Positions 26,153-38,450 of a stretch of DNA of 64,000 bases are shown piece by piece; the stretch's first letter is position 1, and each line of letters begins with the position of its first letter. The notes under the pieces are model-generated. The model had not been told where the DNA came from. It saw only the letters and a list, made by a program, of their open reading frames with translations, and did no database searches. Made by a program: the position numbers and the translations under genes. The stretch spans positions 14,198,001 to 14,262,000 of the forward strand of contig CM114271.1 of assembly GCA_050084515.1 (NCBI GenBank), read 5' to 3'. The DNA comes from Blasia pusilla (lineage: Eukaryota).

Positions 26153-26520
26153 TGAAATCCGTGAAAGACCTACTGTCATAAAACACATAAAGAATCACAT
26201 ACAATCGAGCCAAACCCACTCCACGACGGGAGAATCCAGACCGAAGCTTGCGGTAACCACCATAGCCAAGAGCTCTACTCACTACCAAGGCTAACTCCCA
26301 ACGCAACAAGCTCAACTCAAAGAACTAACTGTTCTTTGAGTACACTCCACACTATACCCTCCAACCTAAGGGCGGGCCCCACTGGAAAAGTCACCCTCAA
26401 CGGAGTAACCCCCAACCCTATGTATGAAACCGCATCCCTACCTAGGCACTATGGCCCTACATAAGGTATGGCCTCTACTAGCACACTATACTCTACAACA
26501 TAATCCGGATGGTCATGATA
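26153..26520 (-). repeat. 5' terminal repeat A1 (gamma type) of E3
   Basis: Same length as, and highly similar to, 16797-17164. Its start TATCATGACC is read as a G>A variant of the TGTCATGACC seen in A2. Confidence 0.9.
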
Positions 26521-26853
26521 GTGGTTGCTATGGTGTAACCCCGTCTCGGACATCAAAACTCGACTGCTCCCTTACTGCCAACTGCAAAATCGAATCTCCA
26601 TGTGCAGTGCCCGGAACCACACTCGATGTTGTGGCTACCATCTCTTGGCATACCTGCAAAAAATCCCAAAAAGTCCAAGGATGTCTCTCCCGATCACTCA
26701 TGGTGTGTCGATCTCCTTGGGTCTCGCCCTTAGGCACTGCCTCAACCGTGTTGGTAGGCATTGGGCTCACCAATGCAACCGCTGTGATCTGTTGCATCCT
26801 CAAATGACACTACTCAGCTACTCCTAAGTTGAAAATCCACGTCAAGGAGTTCA

Positions 26854-27882
26854 TATCGCGACCCTCATAACCAAACAACACCAAATAGGCACCAAGCGGA
26901 ACATCTGAACTCAAGTGGACTCACGCTGCGATGTTTGCGCTTTGGAGAGGCGTTTGGAAAGGTCTCTTGGAAAAGTCCAAGAGAAGAAACACGGAATAGA
27001 GTTGCGCATTTTGTGTGTTAGTGGTCGTGACCAGGAAACCTAGACCAAACGCGAGCCAAGACTTGAGATGAGTTGAGTCTTGGAAGGTTGGCTGCCAAGG
27101 AGGTGAGAACCAGTTTTTGAACACGACTAGCGTTTGGGGAATTTGACTATGTTTTGGACCATAACGTTTAGCCCCAAGATGTGTTCGAGACAAGTAAGGC
27201 GCGTTGGAATGCTTATCTTGAGATACTTCCAACGCACCAAAGATCTCAGCGAACGCATAAGTACAGACTAAGATATTGGCCGAAAACGACTGTGAGAGCA
27301 ATCTGGTTTAGGGCCAATTGGAGAGGCCCAGGTGTCTTTCCCTAAAGTTAGGGGAGGCCCGGAGATCCCTAAAAGTACTAGTAAGGGAGCAGTCTCTCCA
27401 AGATGTCTTGGAACACAAATCCCTACTTTGAGCGCCAAACGGCGTCTCAGAGGCACGGGATGGAACGGGAGTTTGGCGTTGGAACTCAAAACCCAAACCT
27501 GATCCAAGGGAGTGGACTTTGTATGCCACACTTGGATTCCAACCCGAGATTCACTTTGTGCGAGTCTCGGTTAGGGACTCATTGGATGTCCATCGGACAA
27601 TTGGAACCGCCAGGCACGAAACGCCGTTTGAGGTTCTTGAACCGACCAGAAAGTCTGTCCCAAGTCCTCCAAGACTTGCCGGTGTTGTAAACCGCAAAAC
27701 TAGGAAGGTTGAGCTTGATGAGATACCGAGACGATAACTTGGAAAGTTAGCCCACTGATTGATCCAAGACCCGACTAACCAGAGTGCGTGTTTGGATTTG
27801 GATCAGCATTGAGAGCGTGACCTATTGAACGCACACTTTCGCAACAACAAGATTAACGTTCAAGGAGAGTAGGCGCACGATA
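26854..27882. mobile_element. Solo-LTR-like insert of an unrelated family (1029 bp) with 5-bp TSD GTTCA
   Basis: Interrupts the E2 MDLN..LTWI coding stretch. Flanked by GTTCA (26849-26853 and 27883-27887); ends TATCG...CGATA; no convincing ORF. Confidence 0.75.
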
Positions 27883-27884
27883 GT

Positions 27885-28870
27885 TCAGGTCCATCGCTTG
27901 ACCCAAGACATGACGTCGTGATCCCTTTGATAGTGACGGTACTGCCGTCACTCGTGTGGGGAATCCTATCGCTTGCTCTTGCTCATCGGCGTTGGGCTTC
28001 ACCAACCTCTGTACATGGTCATCCCAAACCAAGCCACGTCCGGCATTGTTGAATGCATAGGAAGCGGGAAAACTCAAAAATATGGGAAAGGCTGCCTGTG
28101 GCATGCCAATCTTGTTGACCATAATCAACAGCGGTCGATCATCGTATGTCATTGTTGTGATCGACGGCCCGGATCCAATATGGAATCCACCAACAAGTGG
28201 AAGGGGCGCTCCACTCGTGCATATGCCCTCCGCAACACCTCGTGTGGCACTAAGTTGATCCACCAAAGACATGGGCGGTGTGCTCTAGAACCTACACTCG
28301 CCGCATCCAAAAACACTGTCGGGCCAATCCATGCGCACACTTGATGCGCACTCGTTACCATACGGGACCTTGAATCGCCCAAAATCGACACATTCTCCAG
28401 AATGTATGTTGGAGAACGGGACAAATGCTATTGTAAGTGTCACAAGATCCGCATCATCTCCCAAAATAACCTGGACCGAGAGTCAGCTAATCCGCTACCC
28501 CGTCCAGCACTTGACTGGCCTTGACACGGCTAACCAGCACTTGATTGGCCTTGACACGGCTAACCAGCAATGACCAAATCTATGGTCCCTACCCGCTCCA
28601 AGTCTTACGCCCCAAGCAATGAAATATCCCTCGATAGGGAACTCTTGTATCCTGGACAGCACACGTAGACATCAAGTCGAGAAAAAGGAGGCGTAACTGT
28701 GTCACATGGTGAAGTGAAGTGCGCCTCGCAACATCATCAATCTCCACATACATGTACTGTTGCACGCGTACTCATGCTTGCAAAATAGCAGCTAACCCAG
28801 TGTTTATCCCTCTTAAGAGATCCAACACCCGAATACCCTCCTCTGGGATACGCCACACAATGGGTGTGGT
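27885..28870 (-). pseudogene. E2 C5-cytosine methyltransferase domain
   Basis: IRVLDLLRGINTGLAA, DLVIAG*PCQGQSSAG (30-bp tandem duplication 28504-28563), YILENVSILGD, AHRPCLWWINL, EQEQAIGF, RRHVLGQAMDL. Confidence 0.88.
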
Positions 28871-31446
28871 ATCATAGCACTATCGGCTACCTCGGGTTTC
28901 TCTTACCCGTCATGCTCTGGTGCAAACGTCTCGCTCCACACGGTCTGCACATGCTCAGTGGCTAAGTGTCGAGCCCCAAAGCGGCACCTCTCCTCCACGG
29001 ACTGATGCGGCGACCATAACACTCCTCTCCATAGAGATTTCACGAACAGGAGTATCCTCTGCATGGACATGTCCCTCAATCAAATCACTAGGCCAAGAGA
29101 TGGCACTGCTAAATGCTGCTAAGGTCGCCATCTCTCCTGGCCGGCGCTCGATCACTGCACCTGTAAATCGAACGGGTAATGAGCTAAGGTGCCCATCATC
29201 TGATTGCTATCCTGGTCTGTAGGACGCTGACTCCTGCCAGTAATCGAGGGAAAACCCCATCGGATACAACACTGCTCCACCAACCAAGACGTTGTAGGAC
29301 TCTACATCAGTCACTATCGCCTTAGCTCGCACCACGGACTCATTGTAGGATGTCCCGTGCGAATCCTCACCACGACCTCTTGTCAAGTGATATATTGTGT
29401 GGTACTCGCTCCACCCAAGGATGTGTGTATCCGGAATGGACAACGCTCCACATCGGCTCTCGTCAAGCCCAATCCTCTGAATATCGCTTTCCCCAACATC
29501 AGGGGTTGCGCTGCTGAATCCAACAAGACGCGTTGCAGACTAAAAGCTCTACCTCCTCGACTCACCAAGAGGAAGACCTCTCCCCAATTATCCAGCAAAA
29601 AACAATAGGAGTCGCCATGGCACGCTCTATCGCGGGTCTAGCGGGCATCTCCGCCATCCTAGCAGTCGCAGCCTGCCATGAATCTGATGTGGACGGCCGG
29701 AGCATCAACTCCAAGGTCAGGTCCATCACCTCCTCTACAATCCCCTCTAAACGTGATGTAGGAACTCCAACTCCATGCTCACATAGCGTAGCGGCCAGCC
29801 AAAAAACCTTGGCGGGTATTCCTCCCAACATCATAACATCAGAAGCATAAAATAAAGGACCACGGTACACAACAGTGACCGCCCCCAACAACGTGCTTGA
29901 CAGATGCTCCTCCTGAGCATCAACAATAGGAGTCCTCGCACTCACTTCTCCCATCGCCCTTTGTGCCTGCATACCAACAACATCGCCAACTCTCCGGGAA
30001 CTCTGACAAGACCCATCGATGGATCCTCGTCGCCTCGGACAACGTGAAGGACTGAGGAAGCCTGGTCTGTTTCCTTGCTTCCCCTCGCTGTGGATCCAAC
30101 TCTACGGCTGCTCCATGGGTAACAACTGCGACAGCCTCCATCTGGGCAACCTCGCACATCCAACTAGGATCCTCCATATCTCTGGCAGCTCCATAAGACG
30201 TCGATGCCACGGATCCGGCATCATATAACCTCAATGACATGGCGGCAATCTGCTATTGTAGCTGCTGAATCCGAGCGGCCATCCCAGCCCCACGCCGGGC
30301 GTCTCCCTCGACATGTCTAAGTGGTGGAACTCTACCTCCTCCACGGACAACTCCACCACCCCCTCGGGCGAATTCAACTCCTCGTCCCCCAACGTGACCA
30401 CCTGGTGCACGACCTCTAGGCCCACCCGGACCGGCAACTCGCTCTGGTGCTCTCTCTGGCCCTTGGTCGGGAGGTAACTCATGGTGCAAGCTGAAACACC
30501 TGGCGCGTGTGTGACCGTACCTCTGACAGTAGTCACACTAAAAAATTCCTGGTGTAGCACCATCTCCTCCTCCATGCTAAGGCACATGACCATGGTCCTG
30601 ACGAGTGCAATCACGCTGATGATAGGCTCCACCACATGCCCAACAAGTAATCATAGGCGGTTGTTGCTAAGCCACATATGAAGGTGCAAGTCTCTTTGGC
30701 ATGGTCTCCCAATATCCTCCCTGAGCTCATGGTGCCAAAGACCTATCTTAGAATCCACATTGCTGCATTGGTGGTGCAAGCAATCGTGATTGCTCTCGTC
30801 GAGCAATCACGATTGTTCTCGCGGGTATAGGCCTCACGCAAACTCTCACTCGGGCGCCTCTAGAAGTCATGGATGCTCTGCAACTTCTCCGTCCGCATCC
30901 CCTGGTAGCTCGTCCTCAACTCAACGAAGAACTCAACCACGGGGTTGAACCTAGGACGAACTCGACTCGACGATGCAATTGCTCCAATGCGAGTCACCCC
31001 TCCTACAACATCACTGGTGGAGCAACCCTCTCTTGACTCCTCCTCCTCATCTTAAAACGGATCAGTCCATGACACATAGTGTGGATCATAGTAGAGTCTC
31101 CATGCCTCAATCTTGTGGGCATATCTCTGCAAGAACTCATGGTTATCGTCCATGGGTGCCCCCTCTAAATACTGGAACATTTCATGCCATGTTGTAAACG
31201 GGTTGAACTCTCTAGAGTTCGTAGCCTGTTGTGAGTCACACCAACTCCTAAACTCTGCAATGAATTCGTGTAACTTTATAGTGCCTCAAGCACCCGAAAA
31301 CCTCTAGGTCCTCTACCCCGGTCGTCCATCTCGTACGCCCAACTCGTAGAACCACTCAGTGTGTGCGGTGGATCACTAAGCCAGTTTGCACGTCTCCGGG
31401 ACAGTCAGCTAAGACGTGGTAGTAGAGAAGTTGTCCCTCGCCAAAT

Positions 31447-31447
31447 T

Positions 31448-31490
<43 letters not shown>

Positions 31491-31493
31491 TTA
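31447..31493 (+). repeat. (TTTA)n microsatellite
   Basis: About 11 tandem TTTA units. Confidence 0.95.
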
Positions 31494-32287
31494 ACTAGAA
31501 TAACTCCCTAGGAAAATTGGATCTCCACTATCTTTCCTTACTTGATAGCCCCCCTCCTGACAGATCAGCAAATTGAATGCCTTACCACAAATCCCTCCTT
31601 AGATTGAGGGTCAACACCCCCAAAAATGGGATCTACTCACCCTACCTCCAAATAGTTGAATTCACTTATCTTATCCACCAAGTAAACTGATTTTTTTTTC
31701 TACCTCTCAAGAAAGAATTTCTACCCAAAAATTTTGGAATTTCACTCACATCTTGGAACGGTGGCTATGGCAGCCCAACAAAAATGATCATAACTTCGTG
31801 CTCCAATCTCCAATTTGTGCAGCGTTTCTTCAGCAGCATACTCCACTTCCCGACCTACAACCTCGTCAAATCAATTTCTCCATTTGATTTTCCATCAAAA
31901 CCTGACGGGGACTGTTGTGCAACCCAACGTCTCTTTCTCCTACACAAAATTTGGCAGCGCTTCTGTGCTGATTTCTTCCAATGAAAATGTGAAACCTATG
32001 AAAATAAAAATCAGCAAGCTACAGGGTGCTCTCGAGAACACCGGCATGGGGAAATCCACCCCCATGCTTAATCCCTATCAAAAATTGGGCAGCGCTTCCG
32101 CACGCCACTCTTCCACACGAAAAATCGGCAAAGGAAACATCAAAAGTAAGCGACTCTTGCTCCGGTGAGCAATCCCATGAACCGCTGAACGGGGAATACC
32201 ATCCCCAACCTCAAAAAACCAAGGAGTGACCACCGAGCTCCCCCATGAAGCTCTCTCACTCACTCATTCTCTCTTTGTAAATCAAGT

Positions 32288-32797
32288 AGATCCAATCTCT
32301 CTCCACATCATAGCTCTCAAATGTGTGCACTCTCACATGTCTCCCTCAATGTCAAACCAAACCCATTCTCCTAATGAGAGGCTTGGGTTACACTCACAAG
32401 GCAAGCAAGACCATAGCTCCGCCGCCTCATGCCAAGAAGTTCAACAAAGAGAGAATGAGCTCTCAAGCTCTCTCTCTTGGAGGTATACCCCCTCCCCTCT
32501 CCCAAGCTCTCTCCTCGGTAACCTATGCTCGCACGTCATCTCCTTGGCTCTTGACCTAATGTAGCGGGTCAAGGTCCACTTCCCAAAGTGGAAAGTCAAC
32601 TCTACCAAACATGGAAACTTTCCCAAAATAGTAAGTTTCTCTATTTGGCTTCAAATGAGCCGAAACGAAGTGAAAAACCTGCTCTCTCAAGTTTCCCAGG
32701 ACCTCAGCAGGTCATCCTCAACGTCCTCAGCCTATCCTCCTCTACTTGCAAAGGCGCTCTACGAGATCTTTCCGATCTATCCTAAAAATTTATGACA
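32288..32797 (-). repeat. 5' terminal repeat A1 (beta type) of E2
   Basis: Homologous to 47907-48427, 51142-51656 and 57408-57630; minus-strand start TGTCATAAA. Confidence 0.85.
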
Positions 32798-32899
32798 TTC
32801 GTTAGTTACACCCCGAGATGACTGAGGTGAGTCTCATAGTTATTCCTACCTCGTCTTGACTCACAAAGCTCACTTTGGCCTCTTGCCAAATATTGTGTA

Positions 32900-33325
32900 C
32901 ATCTCATAGCTAATCGATCATCTTGCCATGAGATATCGGAGCACTATAGTTGTGGTGCCTCATGCAAAAGAGGTTCAACAAAGAGGGAATGAGCTCCCAA
33001 GCTCTCTCTCCTTCACGTATACCCTCTCTCTCCATGAGTCCTCTCCCTAATGATTCACGTTAAAATGTCATCACCTTAACCATGAAATGTACAATAGTGA
33101 GTTGATGGTCACTTTCCTAGAATATAAAGTCAACTCTCTTAAAATAGGGAACTTACTTGAAATGGTAAGTTCTTCAAATAGGCTCTAAATAGCCCGAAAA
33201 AAGGGGAATTCTCTTTCAGATTACCCTACTCCTCAACAAGTCATCTATGAACTATTGGGCTTGACCTTTGGTCTCCCTCAAAGAGTCATGTAGAAACTCT
33301 ACGTTCTACCACAAAAATCGTGGCA
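32900..33325 (-). repeat. Older diverged copy of the A-beta repeat
   Basis: Shares AGAGGTTCAACAAAGAG(G)GAATGAGCTC(C)CAAGCTCTCTCTCC and later blocks with 32288-32797. Confidence 0.65.
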
Positions 33326-34569
33326 TATGCCTTTTTGTCAAGTGGTTGATTTTTGTCACCATTTGTGTTTCATGCATGCCACCACCACTCATCTTTTGAC
33401 CATTCCCGATTCTTGAGCCACTTGTTCACCACGAAGAACTAACCTCAAGGCTCATCTTGGCTTGCCCTTAGTTCTTACAATTGATTCTGCATATTTCCTC
33501 TTAAGACTTGTGTCAAATTGCACGTTCACTTTGACTATTCTTAGTCTACAACATGGTTTGCCGTCCTTTGGTATGAAGGGTTGCACTCATGGTTTCTTAC
33601 CCATCTTAACCTTCCTTAATTTGGCAGATCGCTTTGTCCTTTTTCCAAGTGATAAAACTTGCCGCCTCCCCAATCTTGCAACTAGCTAGTTTTGGCTCCG
33701 CCCCTAATGGTTCCACTAAGGTTGATCCTTCTTTGACCTGATATTAAGACTTGCATCCGGGATCCTCACTAGCATGTGCATATAGGACTTAACTATTCAC
33801 AGTGCTAAGACAAGAAACATATAAAGAAAGGTTAATTTTTGTTGGGTGTTATCCAAAATAATAGTGTAGATGAAGCCTAAGACGCAGATTTAGCATGTGT
33901 TAGGCACTAACCAAAAGAATAACATAATTGAAATCTAGTACACATGATCCCACGAGGAAATTTAACTTGTGCTAGGTACTAACCAAAATAATAATATAGA
34001 TGAAACGTAAGGCAAGTAGCATCATGAAAAAAATTGAACTTATACAAGGTATTAACCAACATACAAAAATAAATAATAGAATAGATTTATTTTAAAATAA
34101 AATTATACTAATTAAATCTTTAAAAAATGTGTAAAAATGGGCATCCAAACAGATTTCTTGTGATAATTAAATATCGCTGCCAATTGTGCCTACACGAAGT
34201 GCAATTTGTAATGTGATACAACTCATTCTAATAAACAATTCTATACACATCATGTTTTATTAATTTTTTTCAGTTTCTTTGATGAAAGGAACATATAACA
34301 AGTAGCATTTCCTGTCTCTTCTCTGGGGCGAGGCACCTGTGTTTTTGTGAGCTAGTAGTACAAGTCCAGAAGCTCTAATAGTAATGCTGTTTGCGTGCAC
34401 TGAAATCAATGGACGTGGCCACAGATTTCCGACTCTTCATGGCTTCGTAAGTAGCTCGTTTTCGTTCCCCTGTTTCCATCTTCGTGCGCCGCTCTCTTTG
34501 GCTCTGCAGTGCATTCGATTTCAGGTCCACAGAATTCTGCCGCGAGTGCTGATTGAGGTCTGGAAAACG

Positions 34570-36386
34570 ATGGCGCCTTCAGGAGAGTGTGAGGGGCGGG
34601 TTTGGTTGCACTGAGGAGTGTGAGGTTTGGGCTTTCGAGCTATCGGGGCTAATTTGGACGTTCTGTGTGGGGTTTTAGCGTGCTCGCTCTGGAGGAACTG
34701 CAGAAGCAAAGCGGTCAGTCATTGAAGTTGTATCAGCAGGAGCTTGGTGGGTTGTCGGAGCTTTGGCTAATTTTAGTGTCTGTTTCCAGTGGGAATGTGC
34801 TTGGTTGATTGTCTCAACTTGGGTTAATTTTGTTGTCTGAGAAGGAATGAGCTTGGTGGATTGTCTGAGTTTGGGTGAATTTTGTTGTCCATGTTACGAG
34901 AGGGAATGGTAAGCTTGTTCAAAGTGGGAATGGGGCGCTTGTTGTTTAAAGCTAGAGGTCGTTGCATTGACATACTGCCTAACGGTTGTGACTGTTCTAT
35001 TCTGGTTTAGAGTTGTTCCGAAGAGTGCCGCTGCAGGAAACATCGGGTATTGTTGCCAAAGTGGCAGCGAGCGCTCCCAGTGAGCGTTTGACAAAGTACC
35101 TTCAAGCTGGGTGTTGGCATGAAGATACAGCACGATTGGTTGCTGCCAACTGTAAGGATTCGTTGCCCAAGCTGACGGGTGTGTGAGCTGGATATGATTG
35201 GAACCGTGGCTCTTGTAGTGTAGGAAGACATGCTCTGATGGTGTTTTTCCTGTGATTTCTTTTGTGGTGGCAGTAGATTCTGCAACGAGGGCACTCTGGA
35301 ACCACATCATGCAAGGTATGCGCTCATCCAAAATCAAGATTCAGATGAGGGATTGGTGTATGGGAAGAAGGTCAGGTTGGGGGAAGTATTCTGAGTCTGG
35401 TTGGCTGAGCAGTTCGCCGTAATGACTTCACTTTTCTCACTTTGATTTTCCCATTCTCAGTCCGGTACAAGGACTTCCCTTTCTAACTTTGATGTTCCAA
35501 TTCTCAGCGCAGGTCTTACTTAAGGAACTTGAGTTACTTGTCCATAGGGCCAGCAATGTGGAGCTCAGTTCACAACTGACAAGCTTGAACCTCTCAAAAG
35601 TTGCCTTAGATGCCGAAGAGAAAAGTGAAGCTGATGAACAGGTGCGGGAAAGTGAATCTGGCAGTGGTATTTGGGCTTCTTTTTTGGTCTATTAAGGTTT
35701 ATTGTTTGACGGTGCAGTGACATTGATGCTCTATCTGGTGTAGGATTTGGAGGGGACTCTGGAAAGCCAGCTATCAGCGCCAGACTATATCTCCATGATG
35801 ACGCTGATTTTGAGCATGCTCATCGACGACTTCAAAATGCAGGTACGACTACTGTTAAACCCAATAGGTTCTGCAAACTCCACTTGACTCGTCAAGCATT
35901 CAAACATCGTCAGTATGTGGAGAGTCAGCACGAACTCAATTTTAAACATTGGGTAGGTGGCTTTCAGCAGACTAGCCCGCTGAAGAGGTCATCACTGGAA
36001 GTGAGAGATCTGGATATCAAAATCCTGTCACTGGTATTTAGGTCATTGAAGTGAGATGAAGATACTTGCTTTTTCAACATCGATGTGCCAGTTCTAGTTG
36101 GTAGTCCTACGGGAACTACCAACTAAGTTTTCTCTTTCTATGGTTCAAACCTTTGTTGGATCTTTCAACCACCATGATTTTCTCAAGTGTTTTGAAAAAT
36201 CGTGGATCCTACTCCTAATGCTTGAAATGGTCTGTCTGATTGTTATTCTGCCAGGAGAAAATCATATATGCCTTGGGCTTGGAAACCCCATCTGAAGCTC
36301 TCTCAACATATTCTCTCATGTGGACATTACGACCGTGTCTGGATGATGCAGTGATCAACCAAGCACTCAGCTGGATCAAATCATAG
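34570..36386 (+). CDS. Multi-exon host gene, ~215-aa protein of unknown function
   Basis: Phase-consistent GT-AG exons 34679-34746, 35011-35110, 35274-35370, 35513-35641, 35744-35842 and 36255-36386 give VLALEELQKQ...GLVYGKKVLLKELE...DFKMQEKIIYALGLETPSEALSTYSLMWTLRPCLDDAVINQALSWIKS*. The first exon and start (ATG 34570) are uncertain. Confidence 0.7.
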
Positions 36387-37689
36387 CAAGACAATCTAGC
36401 TACAGAAGCCCCGGAGATCAGATTTTAGGTTAATTAGTGAGTAGGTCCTTCAGCTTCTTGTAATACCATGAAAAGGTTGGTGATTGAGCAGAGAGTATGA
36501 ATTTTGCAGCACTTGCTGTAATTAGGCAGCAAGAGGCAGGCAGGAAGAAAGTCTAGTCCTTTTGTACATACCTTCATGTTTGAAGGATAGCGGGAAGAGG
36601 CTTCCACTCAAGGCCAGAGGAAATGCTGAGCATGGGTTCCTTTGCAGTGTACCCAGTAGAAAGCTGAGGTCAGATACACCAGTCAGTCCACCACCATATC
36701 TTTCAAACCAAATTCTTGTCTAAGATTTTGTGGGGAATTGACCGTTGCATGCTATGCTGCGTAATCAGCCTTCTTAAAGAATGGGAATGTGTAAAATGCT
36801 GTTGGTCCTGGAATCCCATAAAGCCCAAGGAACCTACAGATTCTTCATTTTCTGAAGGTTTTGGAACTTTGTGAGGATTCATTTTTCCTGACTCTGGATC
36901 CATCACCCCACATTTCATGGCACATTCATCTTCTATTGACATTCCTTTGAAAAGCTCCCACATCTTCCCAAGTCCTTGAGTTGTTCGTGTTGTTGTCCTT
37001 CTCCTTCTCCTGCACACGAGACACCATGTTTTATGGTTACATGTCAACCCTTGCGAACATCGCACCGAATCCAAGTCCAATCCAAGCAATTTATTGTATA
37101 TCGTTTCTTGTGATCCAGTTTATTTCATCCAGTACACATTGAATCTGGGTTCCCTGAAGTATTAAGGAAAATGTCATACCATTACATTTAAGCATGGAAA
37201 TATTGTAATCATACTACAATATTTCACTAGCTCCCTTCAATTGCGATCTTGCCTGCATTAGGTGCCTGATGCAGCGCAACTCCTACTGCCCGAAGTAGAG
37301 GATACCCTACCAAAGATAATGATTAGCCCTTGACTTTCATGATCTGGGCATGGCAAGGCTCTTTAAACTCCAGCCAGAAGTTCATTTCAACTTCCAAAGG
37401 AAATTTTGAAATTTTTCAAAGGATTCCGCGTCGTGAAGAGAGCCGTCACAATTTGAGCCATGGTGCGAGCCTAGGAAGTTTTTTTGTTGTACGTGGTCCA
37501 GTCCTAGCAAACACCTGATGAAGAGCAAGTCATCTGTCCACCTTACCAAAGTGGAAAATTCACATGCATTTGGCCACAATTGCATCATGAAAAAATTTTA
37601 CTAAGGCCCAATTGGGACCCATGAGGTTTACCTCTGCTGGAACATTTGTATACTATTATCCAAGTCATTAAGGGGGAAGACATGACTCA

Positions 37690-38450
37690 ATAAAAAAGGG
37701 GGTGATGGAAAACCCATCCGGAATACAAAAAAGGGGGAAGTCAAAGAGTTGAGTGCGTGAAGGCCATAGCCGGCCCGGAAGAAGAAAAGCCCCCTATTGG
37801 CTAACCTCACCAACAATAGAGACAATGGCAGCAACACCTAGAGAGACGTGACTACCCCTAAGTGGGCCTCTAGTGCTAGCGTCTCCCATAGCTTGAGCTC
37901 GCCACAAAAGCCCATTGGCTTGGGCACGCCACAAAGCTATGGAGATCCGTTCCCTACAAGAGAATCGTAGTAGCTAATGACAACCCATTTCTCCACTGAA
38001 GATGATGGGCGCAATCCGTAAAGAACGAGTCAAACCTCTCCCCCATAGCTCCATACATCTCTATAGCTAAGGGTAGGAATCGATGTCGATCGTGAAGTCG
38101 ACTGTAGTAATGGCTCTTCTTCTTCGCCCCCGCCGCTGTTGCCGCTCCTTGTAGCAATCTCCCTTGTGCTACCACTTGGGCTCACGCAACCTCCCATGCA
38201 GGATCTATCACTACAACGTCCGCCACCACCACCCTAGGCTCTCGTGTCATATAAAGATCAACACGGATAAGGGAATCCCGCATGAAGTAGTGCTTCTCTC
38301 TTTACACGTGAAAGCCACTCCCACAAGCAATACTGAACATGATATCCTACACAACATTGTGAGTGGAAATCCTCTCACCCCCAACTAGACAGCGTGCTAA
38401 GTGCACACCAAGTGTTAGTGTCCATAACTTGCCCACCATCCCACTTGTAG
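37690..38450 (-). mobile_element. 3' fragment of an RLE-type (CRE-like) non-LTR retrotransposon
   Basis: Minus-strand GGERISTHNVV*DI..FHV*RE, RVDLYM..VVADVVVIDP (restriction-like endonuclease), AKKKSHYY..FLPLAIEMYG. Confidence 0.7.

Larger units (their letters stand above)
16691..26520 (-). mobile_element. E3: full-length gamma-subfamily element with split direct repeats A1-coding-B1-A2-B2 and 4-bp TSD GTGG
   Basis: A1 26153-26520 and A2 16797-17164 (both 368 bp); B1 17167-17274 and B2 16691-16797. Flanks ...GTGTAGGTGG| and |GTGGTTGCTA against the empty site TGTTGGTGGTTGCTA at ~58297-58311. Gag ~24660-23210, PR ~22560-22200, MTase ~21790-20790, RT-RH ~20520-19080, IN ~18700-17870, PHD ~17590-17447. 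Confidence 0.93.
13950..32797 (-). mobile_element. E2: beta-subfamily element, 3'-truncated, in three pieces (13950-16690, 26521-26853, 27883-32797) split by E3 and a solo-LTR-like insert
   Basis: IN/RH/RT fragments at 13950-16690, linker at 26521-26853, MTase ~27885-28870, protease ~29200-29600, Gag ~30230-31330, leader, and A-beta ending TATGACA at 32797. The pieces rejoin across TSDs GTGG and GTTCA and are colinear with the uninterrupted copy at 58281-58600. Confidence 0.85.
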
